The notes beneath the pieces were generated by a model, which saw only the letters and a list, made by a program, of their open reading frames with translations, was not told the DNA's origin and made no database searches. A stretch of 64,000 bases of DNA, from positions 34,061-98,060 of the IMG/VR virus record IMGVR_UViG_3300027754_000003. The stretch is one strand, 5' to 3'. The DNA comes from a virus. Made by a program: the position numbers and the translations under genes. Shown here piece after piece: positions 44,862 through 54,675 of the stretch. Every line of letters begins with the position of its first letter. Positions within the stretch are counted from its first letter, which is position 1.

Positions 44862-46349
44862 TTAGCCCTCCCATCCATAGGACTCCAGCACCAACATGGC
44901 AACGGCTTTGCGCTCGTCATCCAGAAGGTCATCTGCCTCGCCATCCAGAACGCTGGACAGGATTCGGTTCTTCATCAGGATGATTTGAAGCATTCGCTCA
45001 TCAATCGTTGAGTGCTCCTCAATCGCTGACAACATGACGTGCGAAACGACATCACGCTTCTGTCCGATTCTCTGCAGACGGTCTTCGCATTGCAGAAGGT
45101 CTGCTGATGTCCACGGCAACGATGCACTCACGTGGTGACGTGCTGACGTGAGTGTGAGTCCAGTTCCCGATGCAATGATGTTGCCAACCAACACTCGTGC
45201 TGTTCCGTTCTGGAATGCATCAACACTCGCCATCTTCGCTGAGTCACTCATGCCACCAACAACTTGTACTGCATTCACATCTGCAAATGCATCCATGTAT
45301 CGCTGTGCCTCTTCCTTGAATGCACAAGTGATGAACACCTGCTCATCGTTCTCCAGAAGTTCACGCACGTAGGCAACGACTCCATTCACTTTGCCAAGCG
45401 ATGACAACTTGCGAAGTTCATTGATGCGAATCAATGCTTCTGCACGTTCAACATTGTTCGCCTTCTCCTGACCTTTGGTGATGCGAATCCACTCGTAGAG
45501 ATTCGCTTCGGCGTAGCGGTACAACTTCTCGTACTTCGCTTCCATCTCCATCGCAACTTCCATGCGACCCTTGTTCGGCAATTCCAGAACATCGGAACGC
45601 TTCATGCGAAGCATGAATGAGCCCACGAGAACATCGTGCAATTCATTCAAGCGTTGAGCACCACGTGTGCCGTAGTTGTCAATGCGTGGTGCATAGCGAG
45701 CCATGTATCCACGGATGCCACCTTCAAATGCTCCCTGTTGCTCCAGACCATTGATGACCGACAGCAATTCCATCGGGCGATTGATGAGTGGCGTTCCCGA
45801 CATCATCACTCGGATTCCAGACAACGGAATTGAGTGTGCAATATCAATTACGGCTTGCGAACGCTTTGCACGTTTGCCACCCTTGATGCGCTGACACTCA
45901 TCAACAATGATTCCCTTCGCATGACCCTTCAACAGATTCTTATAGCCATCTGCCGATGTGTCACCCATGATGAGTACATCAACATCTGGAAATGATTTGA
46001 TTCCTTGCTTCACAGGGTTAGTACCCGTGATGGTATGCACACTCATGTGCGGAGCGAAACGTGCGAACTCACGCTTGAATTGCAATCGCATTGTCGGTGG
46101 GCAAACGATGAGCATTGGTCGCATTCCTGCTTCAACACTTGATTGCGAAATCGCAACAGCAGTTGGTGACTTGCCAGTTCCCATCTCCATCGCAAGCAAC
46201 ACTCGCTGACGCTCCAATGCAAACTTGGTCGCTTCAATTTGATGTGGCATCAATGGCAATGCAGTTTCGTGAACAGCGAAGTTCAACTTGCTTGGTGCAT
46301 CATTCAAAATTGACATGAAGCCTTGAAGTGCATCTGATTGGGTTTTCAT
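44862..46349 (-). CDS. SNF2-family (HARP/SMARCAL1-like) helicase/translocase
   Basis: L.PHQ, EMGTGKS, IVDECQ, SGTP..NRP.EL, GTGLTLT, QCEDRLQRIGQ; GGAGG SD before 46349. Confidence 0.92.
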   Translation of the reverse strand: MKTQSDALQGFMSILNDAPSKLNFAVHETALPLMPHQIEATKFALERQRVLLAMEMGTGKSPTAVAISQSSVEAGMRPMLIVCPPTMRLQFKREFARFAPHMSVHTITGTNPVKQGIKSFPDVDVLIMGDTSADGYKNLLKGHAKGIIVDECQRIKGGKRAKRSQAVIDIAHSIPLSGIRVMMSGTPLINRPMELLSVINGLEQQGAFEGGIRGYMARYAPRIDNYGTRGAQRLNELHDVLVGSFMLRMKRSDVLELPNKGRMEVAMEMEAKYEKLYRYAEANLYEWIRITKGQEKANNVERAEALIRINELRKLSSLGKVNGVVAYVRELLENDEQVFITCAFKEEAQRYMDAFADVNAVQVVGGMSDSAKMASVDAFQNGTARVLVGNIIASGTGLTLTSARHHVSASLPWTSADLLQCEDRLQRIGQKRDVVSHVMLSAIEEHSTIDERMLQIILMKNRILSSVLDGEADDLLDDERKAVAMLVLESYGWEG

Positions 46350-46444
46350 ATTTCCTCCTGTGGAATTGGTTGGGTTCATCGTATCCAGAACGGAATGGAT
46401 TCGGCAGGACATTACAGACTTTTTTTTACAGCCCCAGAATGCCC

Positions 46445-46480
46445 AAAGCCCCGACTCCACAGGGGTTCTGGAGTCAGGGC
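46445..46480 (-). terminator. Stem-loop, likely terminator
   Basis: gccccgactcca/tggagtcagggc arms followed by ttt on the minus strand. Confidence 0.6.
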
Positions 46481-46505
46481 TCTGGCTGGCGATTTGCAGG
46501 CCGTA

Positions 46506-47243
46506 TCAACTGATTCGTTGAGTGCCATCCTGAGTCCACGTCTGTCCTCGGTGGTTTTCACATACCCAGTCATGCGTGGCATCGCATCCACACTCATCTT
46601 CTCCCCACGCACAGATGTCATCTTTGCCATCACGCTTATCCTCGTATTCGTGCAGAGCACTCAATTCAGCACCACGAGTGTCACCATCATCATCAGATGC
46701 TGTTGCCATTTTGACTGCCATCTCCATGATTGCATTGCCCATCTCAGCCGTGAATACAAACTCGTGACTTCGCACACCATCACGCCACGCCCTGCGAATC
46801 TGTCCGTCTGCAATCGCTGTCCACTTGACAGCACTCACAATGTCATGGCGAGACAAGCGTGTGAAGATTCCATCGTTGGCAACACGCTCAACTGTTGAAA
46901 GACTCATGTCGTACTGTTCCACTTCAATGAAGCAATCTCGGAATCCAATCGGATGATTGTTCTCTGAGTAACCAACGTCAATGCCGACATCTTTCCAGTT
47001 GCCAACACTTGCGAACTCGGAGAGAAGAACACCTTTGACAAGTTCATCGGTGAACTGTCCTGTGGTTACAAATGAGAGTCGCATTGCAAAGTCTTGCATC
47101 GCTTCCATCGTTCCACACTCAGAGCAAATCTCGGTCTGATTGTCTCGGCGTGACAATGCACCTGCGTACATTCCAGCGTGTTCACGATTTGGAATCGGCT
47201 GTCCGCAAATAGGACACATTTTGATTTCATTTTGAATTGACAT
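46506..47243 (-). CDS. Hypothetical protein with N- and C-terminal Cys motifs
   Basis: CPICG...ALSRRDN.TEICSECG..EA; C-terminal CxxxxxxCxC....CxxH. Confidence 0.65.
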   Translation of the reverse strand: MSIQNEIKMCPICGQPIPNREHAGMYAGALSRRDNQTEICSECGTMEAMQDFAMRLSFVTTGQFTDELVKGVLLSEFASVGNWKDVGIDVGYSENNHPIGFRDCFIEVEQYDMSLSTVERVANDGIFTRLSRHDIVSAVKWTAIADGQIRRAWRDGVRSHEFVFTAEMGNAIMEMAVKMATASDDDGDTRGAELSALHEYEDKRDGKDDICAWGEDECGCDATHDWVCENHRGQTWTQDGTQRIS

Positions 47244-47244
47244 T

Positions 47245-47523
47245 TCAGTATGACTCCTTTGTGATTGTGATTGAGTTGTCAAATGATTCTGTTTCAACAG
47301 AGATGTTGATGATGTCTGCAAAGAACTCACCAATCGCTTGGGCTTGGTTTGCCATTGCAATGAAATGTTCTTCAACCCATTTGAAGTTGTCAGAAGTGTT
47401 CATTGTCTTTGCATCTTCACGGTACTTCTCTGATGCGTAACCAAGAATGCGAACAAGTGTGTACGCATCAATTACGCAAGCATCTTTTTTGGTATCTGGG
47501 ATTTCTACTTTTGCAAGTCTCAT
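47245..47523 (-). CDS. Hypothetical protein
   Basis: AAGGAG SD before MRLAK. Confidence 0.6.
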   Translation of the reverse strand: MRLAKVEIPDTKKDACVIDAYTLVRILGYASEKYREDAKTMNTSDNFKWVEEHFIAMANQAQAIGEFFADIINISVETESFDNSITITKESY

Positions 47524-47639
47524 TGACTGCTCCTTTTGTTTGGGTACTGACATCATATGTCGGGGGTGTATCAATGTCCAACATCTAATTTCATCGCCTT
47601 AGAACGCTTCCTATGAGGCGGTTTTTGGGGACATAACAG

Positions 47640-47674
47640 AAAAGAGCCCCAAACCACTTGGGTCTGGGGCTCTT
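47640..47674 (-). terminator. Intrinsic terminator
   Basis: aagagcccca...tggggctctt inverted repeat followed by a T-run on the minus strand. Confidence 0.7.
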
Positions 47675-47742
47675 CACCTGTGAGGCGGATTCCGATACTT
47701 AGCGGAGGCTTTGCATCGGACTCACAAGTACGTGGGCATCGC

Positions 47743-48057
47743 TTATCGTTTTTGGTACGTGGGCAAAGCATCTTCCAACGTGCGCTCGTACTCACCTGTC
47801 TCTGCAGAGAATCCGTTTGGGCGAGCAATGACTGTCCACACAACGAATGGCGTGTAGTTGTTTTGTGGAAGGAAGCACAACGCTTTCCATGATGCGTATG
47901 TCTCACCAACAACACGCTCTCCTTTTCTTTCACATTCCAGAACAATGCCACCAGTTGTACCAACAAGGTCACCTCTGTGTAACACGTCATTGCTCCTGTC
48001 TTTTGGACTGATGTCCAAGATTGAATCAACAATCTCTTTGAATACTTGCTCGTTCAT
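47743..48057 (-). CDS. Hypothetical protein
   Basis: AAGGAG SD before MNEQ; YTPFVVW...GEY. Confidence 0.6.
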   Translation of the reverse strand: MNEQVFKEIVDSILDISPKDRSNDVLHRGDLVGTTGGIVLECERKGERVVGETYASWKALCFLPQNNYTPFVVWTVIARPNGFSAETGEYERTLEDALPTYQKR

Positions 48058-48087
48058 TTCTGCTCCTTCGTTAGGTTTGGGATAATC

Positions 48088-48116
48088 AGGGTATCTACTT
48101 GTCGGACACATTTCAA
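48088..48116 (-). promoter_or_regulatory. SigA-type promoter TTGAAA-17-TACCCT
   Basis: Exact 17 nt spacing, upstream of the SD of the gene starting at 48057. Confidence 0.55.
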
Positions 48117-48210
48117 ACATCATTCCCAGAACAAATAAATCAGTAACAATGTGTAGAAGATGCACCAGCCGACTGTGGCGTAGTTGAACATATTCGGGCT
48201 TTCAATAATG

Positions 48211-48266
48211 AAGGGCTCAGAGAGTCGCAATGTTGGGGGAACATTACAGACTTTTCTGAGCCCTTC
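48211..48266 (-). terminator. Long stem-loop downstream of the DUF932 gene
   Basis: gaagggctcaga...tctgagcccttc outer arms and aatgtt/aacatt inner arms. Confidence 0.6.
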
Positions 48267-48279
48267 TGGGTTGATAGGA

Positions 48280-49344
48280 CTATGCAGTCACCAAAGCGAG
48301 TTTGGCGAGAACCATCTTGTCGTACTCCGCTTGCTGGTTTGAAACCAAGCGAGTGTAGTTACGGTTGTAACGATTCTTGTCAGAGCCTGACAAGTGCTGA
48401 TGGAATGTTGTTGTTGCCTGAACAACACCAAGTGCTGTGTTCTTCCACGGCAACACTCGTGGGTCTGTGCGCCACAAACCATTCAACAAGTCACGCTTCG
48501 GATTCTGCTTGCCAGCAGAACGTGTGTCCTGTGTGTTGGATGGAACGATGAGTGTCTTTCCAGACTCATCCTTCATGGTGAGTTCAACCATGTTGATTGG
48601 GAACAAGTCTTTCACCAGAGCATCAAACTGATTGTCAGTTACTGCCCATGATGACAACTTCTCCAACTCTTCCATCATGTCGCTTCCTGCGCTGTAGACA
48701 ATTTCCAGAGCCTCACGCAAACTGCCGAGGTCATTCAACTGTGCTGAACGGTTGTGGCGAATCTTCACCTTGTGGTCATCGTTCTCATTGAGTGCCAACT
48801 GCAACGTGTTATCGCAGACCACCGCCTGAAGGCAACGAAGATATTGAGTCTGTCGCATACCGTCATGTGACGTTGTTGCAATGAGTGTTGGGCGAAACTC
48901 AAACCCAGAACTGCTGGAGAGATTCTCTGGTACTGAGATTTGTACCCAAGCACGACTGCCCTTCTGGAGCAATCCTGCTGAGTCAATTCCGAGTTCGCTG
49001 TTGTCAAGAATCGCTTCCAAGTTCTTCAACAACACATCTTCGTATTGGTGAATCTGGTAACGATTAGAAACAACACCAAAAACTTCTCCGTTGTTGCTGT
49101 GTGTGATTGCTTGCTTGCCTTCAATCTCTTTGAATGAACCATCAAGATTCCTTGCGTAGACAGGCTTGCTAACTGCTTGAAAACTGAAGAGTCGGCGTTT
49201 GACATCTTCGGCAGGAACGAAACCTTCGTAATGATTTGACTCATCACCTTGTTCCTCTTGCCTCCAATGCCAAGCCTTGCCACGCTTCAACGTGTTTCCA
49301 ATGAGTGTCATTCGGTTGAGCCAACCGCTTGATTCTGCTGACAT
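48280..49344 (-). CDS. DUF932 family phage/plasmid protein
   Basis: AWH, GVVSNRY...Q, SAG.L..G...W, TSHDG, VCDNTL..AL, IRH. Confidence 0.88.
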   Translation of the reverse strand: MSAESSGWLNRMTLIGNTLKRGKAWHWRQEEQGDESNHYEGFVPAEDVKRRLFSFQAVSKPVYARNLDGSFKEIEGKQAITHSNNGEVFGVVSNRYQIHQYEDVLLKNLEAILDNSELGIDSAGLLQKGSRAWVQISVPENLSSSSGFEFRPTLIATTSHDGMRQTQYLRCLQAVVCDNTLQLALNENDDHKVKIRHNRSAQLNDLGSLREALEIVYSAGSDMMEELEKLSSWAVTDNQFDALVKDLFPINMVELTMKDESGKTLIVPSNTQDTRSAGKQNPKRDLLNGLWRTDPRVLPWKNTALGVVQATTTFHQHLSGSDKNRYNRNYTRLVSNQQAEYDKMVLAKLALVTA

Positions 49345-49453
49345 GATTTCTTTCCTCCTGAGCCCGTGGGCTCGTTATTTGTTTGGACTAATGATTCAAT
49401 CGGATGTTTTGTCTTTTTGCAACCTTTTCTTATTTTCTTTTTATTGCAAGGGT

Positions 49454-50263
49454 TTACCGCCATCCCTTGCCAAAGTCACGAGCGTTCTTCCAGATGGTGG
49501 AGGACTCTGGTACTTCCATTGCTTTGACTGCGTGAAGTTGTCGCATGACCTGCTGGCGAATCATCGTGTTCATCGCTTGGGCGAGTGCTTGCGTGAACTC
49601 TGTTTCTGACAGCATGGACATGACAATCTTTTTGAAATCAAAGTTCTTCATTTCATCTTGAACCATTTCTTTGAAATCCATTTCATCAATTTCATCCTGT
49701 ACTACTTCGCTGAAGTCGTAACCTCGGATTTCATCTTGAATGGTTTCGCTGAAGTCAAAGTTTGAAACTTCTCTGCTAATCATCATGTCCATTTCAGAGT
49801 TTGATGCTTTGCTGTCTTCCAACTCTGCAACCTGTGCTTCAAGCGCATCAATTCTGTTGCAAAGATTGTTCAACCACTCTGGTGCTTCTGGAACAATCTC
49901 TTCATCTTGTGATGCTGAGTTAGACACATCTTTGAATTGGAATGGATTCAAGTGGTCAATTTCCAGATGAGTTTTGTAAATCTTTTCTGGATTCACTTTG
50001 GTGTAGTACTCCAAGTACGAAGACATTACAGAAACTCGCATTCCATTTGGCAGTCTCAACATCTCCCAACCTTCAACAGCGTCACCTGCATCAGCAAGTG
50101 TGTACGCACCATCAATCCAGTTTGCTGGAAGAAGTGTGTTCGTTCCTGTTGTCGTTGCTGGAATGAGTAAGTCGCTGTCACCAGTCCAATGAACAACTCG
50201 TACGTAGAGTCGCTCATTTTCTGGAAGGTCATCTGCGATGTTCCAATCAGTTTGAATGTTCAT
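49454..50263 (-). CDS. Hypothetical protein with acidic 12-residue repeats
   Basis: [FYM]DF[SK]E.[IV]QDE[IM] repeats after a coiled coil. Confidence 0.6.
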   Translation of the reverse strand: MNIQTDWNIADDLPENERLYVRVVHWTGDSDLLIPATTTGTNTLLPANWIDGAYTLADAGDAVEGWEMLRLPNGMRVSVMSSYLEYYTKVNPEKIYKTHLEIDHLNPFQFKDVSNSASQDEEIVPEAPEWLNNLCNRIDALEAQVAELEDSKASNSEMDMMISREVSNFDFSETIQDEIRGYDFSEVVQDEIDEMDFKEMVQDEMKNFDFKKIVMSMLSETEFTQALAQAMNTMIRQQVMRQLHAVKAMEVPESSTIWKNARDFGKGWR

Positions 50264-50265
50264 GT

Positions 50266-50700
50266 TTACTTTCCTTCTTTCGTTGTCCAATGGGTTTTGA
50301 TTTCATCTTTGATTGCGGTGGTAAATGTATCCCACATATAGTCCGAGTTCAAACATCCAGCGAACGATTCCAAATCTTCTTTTGGCAATCCAGCGAAATA
50401 CTTTGCTTTTTCTGTTTCATCTTCGCTGAAGTAGAACGCTGAGTTCTCTTGCAACTCTTGTTGAATTGCAACTGGACTAAATGCAATGGAGTTTGAGTAA
50501 TTCAAATCCCCGTAACCGCATCCTTCAAGCATTGGCTCCAACTCTTTACCCAGTTGTTCTGCGAGTTCCAATACATCTCCATCGCCACCTTGAAAGATTT
50601 CTTCTTGGTCTTGCTCCGAGAGTTCATCTACATCAACGATGACGCAATGTTCAACGTACAGAATTGTTCCAGATTGCTGGCAAATAATAATCTTTGACAT
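50266..50700 (-). CDS. Acidic hypothetical protein
   Basis: 144 aa ORF in the early block. Confidence 0.6.
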   Translation of the reverse strand: MSKIIICQQSGTILYVEHCVIVDVDELSEQDQEEIFQGGDGDVLELAEQLGKELEPMLEGCGYGDLNYSNSIAFSPVAIQQELQENSAFYFSEDETEKAKYFAGLPKEDLESFAGCLNSDYMWDTFTTAIKDEIKTHWTTKEGK

Positions 50701-50990
50701 CAGCGCACCACCACATCGTACTCAGTTACATAAAAGTCTTCGTGACTGACTGACATATGTCCGTTCATCAATCCTTTCAACTCTTCAACACCACCTGTTG
50801 CGTAGAAGAAGATTTGGTCATCTGGATGTCCAAACACATCTGCAACTACATCTCCGTTTTCATCTGTGACTTCATCACCAAATGAAATGTAAACGTAGTG
50901 GTCTTTCTTTGCTTCATCATCCCAATATCGGATGGTTGCATTCGCACCTTCTGGTTTCACTTTCGCTCCTCTGTTTGTTGGGACTCTCAT
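50700..50990 (-). CDS. Acidic hypothetical protein
   Basis: 96 aa ORF, translationally coupled. Confidence 0.6.
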   Translation of the reverse strand: MRVPTNRGAKVKPEGANATIRYWDDEAKKDHYVYISFGDEVTDENGDVVADVFGHPDDQIFFYATGGVEELKGLMNGHMSVSHEDFYVTEYDVVVR

Positions 50991-51037
50991 TGAATCAGAT
51001 TGGAACGGACATTACAACCTTTTTCCATAGAAATGCG

Positions 51038-51080
51038 AAAGCCCCAGATGCCACTCACTAGGAGAGCATTATCTGGGGCT
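51038..51080 (-). terminator. Stem-loop, likely terminator
   Basis: agccccagat...atctggggct inverted repeat followed by tt on the minus strand. Confidence 0.6.
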
Positions 51081-51190
51081 CAATGTCATACCGAAACCCA
51101 AATCGGTATGACATTACCTCTGCTATTACTCAGAGGCTCGCTTGGTTACCTGTCAAACGAAAGGAGGAAAGGAGACAGGCAACCAATTCT

Positions 51191-51406
51191 TTACCAAAGT
51201 GCTTTTACATACTTATGTGTGTCTTCACTTACGGCATCTTTGTGGAACGGGTCGTGCATTGATGAGCGAAGTGTTTCGGCAACATCGGAACGCACGTTGG
51301 ACAGAACATTGAAATACGCTTGACCGTATCGCCATGTTGGTTTGAACTGGGCGTAGTACTTCTCTACACGCTCCAAGAACTCTGTGTACGTAACTTTCTC
51401 TTTCAT
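51191..51406 (-). CDS. Hypothetical protein
   Basis: WRYGQAYFNVL...DPF motif. Confidence 0.65.
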   Translation of the reverse strand: MKEKVTYTEFLERVEKYYAQFKPTWRYGQAYFNVLSNVRSDVAETLRSSMHDPFHKDAVSEDTHKYVKALW

Positions 51407-51843
51407 TGCACTCCCATCAAATACTCAACACTAAATTGAACTGCATCAAACAAGTCATGTGTTACGTACAAGCCTTCTCCGCCAGAACTGTTGTTTGCAT
51501 CAAACACTTCAAACCACGGATTGTTCACGTACACGAATCGCTTTCGTTCTGTTACGAACTCATCAAGCGTTTCATCGTTAGTGATTCCCCATTGCTCCAA
51601 GTCAGTTGCGTTGTAAATCGCTCCATAATGGTCGTGACCTTTGGACACAATGTCAATCTTCAATTCACCTTGAACACATACTGCGAGTTGCATGGTCGGG
51701 CTTTGTGCAAACACAACGGTCTTGTTTGTACCTCCGACATACCATTCCGCACCAGCACGAGACAAGTTTGGTGGAACATTCCAGATGACTTGTGGGACAT
51801 TACGAACATTCCCACCTGTGACAATGATATTTCCTGTGCTCAT
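51403..51843 (-). CDS. Hypothetical protein
   Basis: NNPWFEV motif; overlapping stops/starts. Confidence 0.6.
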   Translation of the reverse strand: MSTGNIIVTGGNVRNVPQVIWNVPPNLSRAGAEWYVGGTNKTVVFAQSPTMQLAVCVQGELKIDIVSKGHDHYGAIYNATDLEQWGITNDETLDEFVTERKRFVYVNNPWFEVFDANNSSGGEGLYVTHDLFDAVQFSVEYLMGVQ

Positions 51844-52151
51844 TCTTCTTCTCCTCTTGCTACATCAAGACAAAGCAATGCAACGCTTGCATCGGTATCA
51901 ATTTCTTGAATCGTTTGCCCGTTCCATTCAACAGCGTGATATGGGTACGCAGTTGCTCGCATGAATGGTTCTCCATACACCGAGATGTTGATGTCCCATT
52001 CCCCACCGCCGAGTGCATCTGGGATTGTTACACCTTGCCATTCGTCAAAGTCACCGTAGAACACCTTCTGTTCACGAATCGCTTTCTCTGCCAAATGCAA
52101 TGCTTCTTCTGTGAGATAGTGAACTAACTCTTCGCTTTTTGTCAAGAACAT
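51840..52151 (-). CDS. Hypothetical protein
   Basis: GGAGG SD; coupled ORF. Confidence 0.6.
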   Translation of the reverse strand: MFLTKSEELVHYLTEEALHLAEKAIREQKVFYGDFDEWQGVTIPDALGGGEWDINISVYGEPFMRATAYPYHAVEWNGQTIQEIDTDASVALLCLDVARGEEE

Positions 52152-52375
52152 ACTTCCTCCAAGTATTCCAAATCAATGTTGTATAAAATAACCGTGTGAC
52201 CTTCTGGAGCGTGAAACTTTACAAACGCTCCGTCAAACTCCTCTTCCATGTCTTCATTTACATTACAGACATATTTGAGTTTCGCAATATCCTCGTCACC
52301 ATAAAACTGGTTGGTGTTGAGTGCTGGAATCAGCAAATCGTCTGCAACTAAATCGGGGCGAACAATGTGTGGCAT
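52142..52375 (-). CDS. Hypothetical protein
   Basis: TAATG coupling to the upstream gene. Confidence 0.55.
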   Translation of the reverse strand: MPHIVRPDLVADDLLIPALNTNQFYGDEDIAKLKYVCNVNEDMEEEFDGAFVKFHAPEGHTVILYNIDLEYLEEVCS

Positions 52376-52881
52376 TAGAAGTGAAAATCCCACATAACAA
52401 CGAATTGTTCTTCTGGCTTTGCAACAACACGATTGCGGAAGTCTTTCAAGTTTGTGCTGTGGTACTCAATATCAAATACTTGTGAGTGTGAGCAGTAACC
52501 TTCGGACTCAACAATTTTGAGTGCCTTCTTTGCTCGGTACACCGCCAAGTAATCGTCACCAAAGTAGTCTTTGTCATCAGACTGATTTTTTCTGCCAATG
52601 CTTACAAGTTCGGAAATGGTGTAATTACCAACTTGGTCAATAAGTCGTTCAAGTTCCTGTTCCATTCCTTCTTGCCATTCTTTGATTTTCTTTTCAAAGA
52701 GTTCTTCATTGCCTTTGTAACAGAGAATGTTTGAACCATCAAACTCTCCATCCCATCTTCCGCCGATTTCGCTCCAGTCTGACCAACCGTTCTGAGCGTA
52801 CGATTCAACGAAATCATTTACTTTGTATTCTGCTTCTTTTTTGTCAGTTGCTTGAACTAACAGAATGTGTCCGATGTGCAT
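52375..52881 (-). CDS. Hypothetical protein (DW..IGGRW family)
   Basis: MH..H.L, WSDWSEIGGRWDG, C-terminal V..DFH. Confidence 0.7.
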   Translation of the reverse strand: MHIGHILLVQATDKKEAEYKVNDFVESYAQNGWSDWSEIGGRWDGEFDGSNILCYKGNEELFEKKIKEWQEGMEQELERLIDQVGNYTISELVSIGRKNQSDDKDYFGDDYLAVYRAKKALKIVESEGYCSHSQVFDIEYHSTNLKDFRNRVVAKPEEQFVVMWDFHF

Positions 52882-52891
52882 GATGTCTCCT

Positions 52892-53575
52892 TTATTGGGT
52901 TTGGGTTTGCTTAGACAACTTTACAGGTGCTGGGAGAGAAAGCAACGCCTCTTCCAACATTTTTCCAATCTCTTCCTGAACAAGGTCTTCCATCTCGTAA
53001 TGAACTTCTCCAGTATCGTCATTTGACATTCTCTTGAAGATGTCAATCCATTTTTCATCTTCTGAGTTTGCAATGTCAATGAATGATTCAAAGAATTGAC
53101 CACCACGGTAGTGAGCAGTCAGGCCGTAGAAGCCCATACCCATCTCTTCGTAAGTTTCAATGAATGCGAGTGTTGGATACAAGTTGCTGATGTTTTGCCA
53201 CAATGGTGAACAAGGTGACCATGCAGTTTGATAACTAAACTCTGCATAATTTCGTGTAATGAGGTTCTGGTAAATCTCTGCTGGTGACCATTTAGTTCCC
53301 CAGTTAGCAATGTTCCAGTCGTACCAATCTTTGTACCCGTACATTACAATGTTTTCTGCTTGCTTCTTCTCGTGCGCTTCTTTTTCTGGGCTACCTTCGG
53401 CATACCATCCTGAAACGGTGTTTGCCAATGCATCTGGTGTTGGGTGCAACTTGGTGAAATCGTAAACCGATTCATCATCGGTATTGCATCCATCAATTCT
53501 GACCCAATACAAGAAGTCAAGAAGTTCGTTTGCTTCTCCGACTACGGTGATTGTGTTGTTGCAGTAATTAGGCAT
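52892..53575 (-). CDS. DUF1281/YubB ferredoxin-like (Api92-like) protein
   Basis: MPNYCNN, WYDW...NWGTKW, TAWSPC. Confidence 0.8.
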   Translation of the reverse strand: MPNYCNNTITVVGEANELLDFLYWVRIDGCNTDDESVYDFTKLHPTPDALANTVSGWYAEGSPEKEAHEKKQAENIVMYGYKDWYDWNIANWGTKWSPAEIYQNLITRNYAEFSYQTAWSPCSPLWQNISNLYPTLAFIETYEEMGMGFYGLTAHYRGGQFFESFIDIANSEDEKWIDIFKRMSNDDTGEVHYEMEDLVQEEIGKMLEEALLSLPAPVKLSKQTQTQ

Positions 53576-53885
53576 TTTCCTCTTCCTCTTCTTCGTAAAT
53601 ATCTACTTGGACTTCCATGTATTCCTGTGTGCATGGATTTTCAGTAACAAAGTATCCGATGCGATTGACCCAATGGTAACCACTCATAATCCATGTGCCT
53701 TCGTCACCATCTACCCATGTCCAAATGTTTGCATCTGGTTGTTTGGCAATGAACTCCAAGTCCTCTCCGTAGGTTTCAAACATCGTGCCATTCCATCCCA
53801 TGTCACCATTTGGATTTTGAATTGGTTTGAATGTTGTTTCCCACAACTCCAAATCCTTTTCCATTTGTTCTGTCACCTCAGCCAT
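53568..53885 (-). CDS. Hypothetical protein
   Basis: FETYG, IWTWVDGD, G.H.VNRIGYFVT. Confidence 0.7.
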   Translation of the reverse strand: MAEVTEQMEKDLELWETTFKPIQNPNGDMGWNGTMFETYGEDLEFIAKQPDANIWTWVDGDEGTWIMSGYHWVNRIGYFVTENPCTQEYMEVQVDIYEEEEEENA

Positions 53886-54079
53886 TATTCCTCCTCCTTC
53901 AAGAGTTCAACTGTTTCGTACAACACTTGTTGTAACACCTCGTTACCCAATTCCACAACACGTTCGTGGACATAACCTTCAACTTCTTCCATTGCTTCAA
54001 TGCACTCGGCTTTTGACCAATGTGGGTACATTGCTTGGGCATCTTCCCAAGACCACTTGACTACAACTTCACTTGCCAT
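53885..54079 (-). CDS. Hypothetical protein
   Basis: WS.ED; GGAGG SD. Confidence 0.6.
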   Translation of the reverse strand: MASEVVVKWSWEDAQAMYPHWSKAECIEAMEEVEGYVHERVVELGNEVLQQVLYETVELLKEEE

Positions 54080-54196
54080 GAATGTTCCTCCAGATTCTCA
54101 TTGCGAAGTATGTTTGTGCGCTTCCGTATGCGATACCAGTCCACATCCAGATTGTTTCTGTTTGAAGTGTGATTGTTACGTCTGCAAGAATTGACA

Positions 54197-54370
54197 TTAC
54201 AAAGTTCCTCCCTCTTCAACTGCTTCTGCTTCAATGAGTTCACGGGTTTCCAGAATGAACTCACCTTTGTCAAAGGCGTGTGTTTCGGCTGTGTGTGGGC
54301 TGTCTGCTTCAATTTCATACACATCAGTTGCTGTGTAGTAGTACGTGACTCGGTACTTCTGAAGTTTCAT
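54197..54370 (-). CDS. Small hypothetical protein, 57 aa (not in ORF track)
   Basis: MKLQKYRVTYYYTATDVYEIEADSPHTAETHAFDKGEFILETRELIEAEAVEEGGTL; TAATG coupling at both ends. Confidence 0.6.
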   Translation of the reverse strand: MKLQKYRVTYYYTATDVYEIEADSPHTAETHAFDKGEFILETRELIEAEAVEEGGTL

Positions 54371-54600
54371 TAGAACTCACCTTCCCCTGTGATTGTGTAA
54401 TTGAGATTCATCCACACTTGTTCGTTCACGCTGTCGTATCCACCTTCAGCGTCAAACTCGTCTACTGCTTTGTTCCACTTGTCTTCTGAAACGATTACAT
54501 CGTCTGAGTCTGTGAACAAGTTGCGTTCCCACCATGAACAAGCGATTTGCTCGTCAGGGTTGAGTTCACTAAGTAACTCAATGACCTTGCTTACTTTCAT
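54370..54600 (-). CDS. Hypothetical protein
   Basis: AAGGAG SD before MKVSKVIELL. Confidence 0.6.
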   Translation of the reverse strand: MKVSKVIELLSELNPDEQIACSWWERNLFTDSDDVIVSEDKWNKAVDEFDAEGGYDSVNEQVWMNLNYTITGEGEF

Positions 54601-54629
54601 GTCTTCTCCTTTGGTTGTTCGTGTATGGA

Positions 54630-54658
54630 ACAGTACAGACATTTGAGTGCAATAGCAA
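54630..54658 (-). promoter_or_regulatory. SigA-type promoter TTGCTA-17-TACTGT
   Basis: Exact 17 nt spacing; same -10 box as 55763-55768. Confidence 0.65.
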
Positions 54659-54675
54659 CCACCATTTCAAACTTT

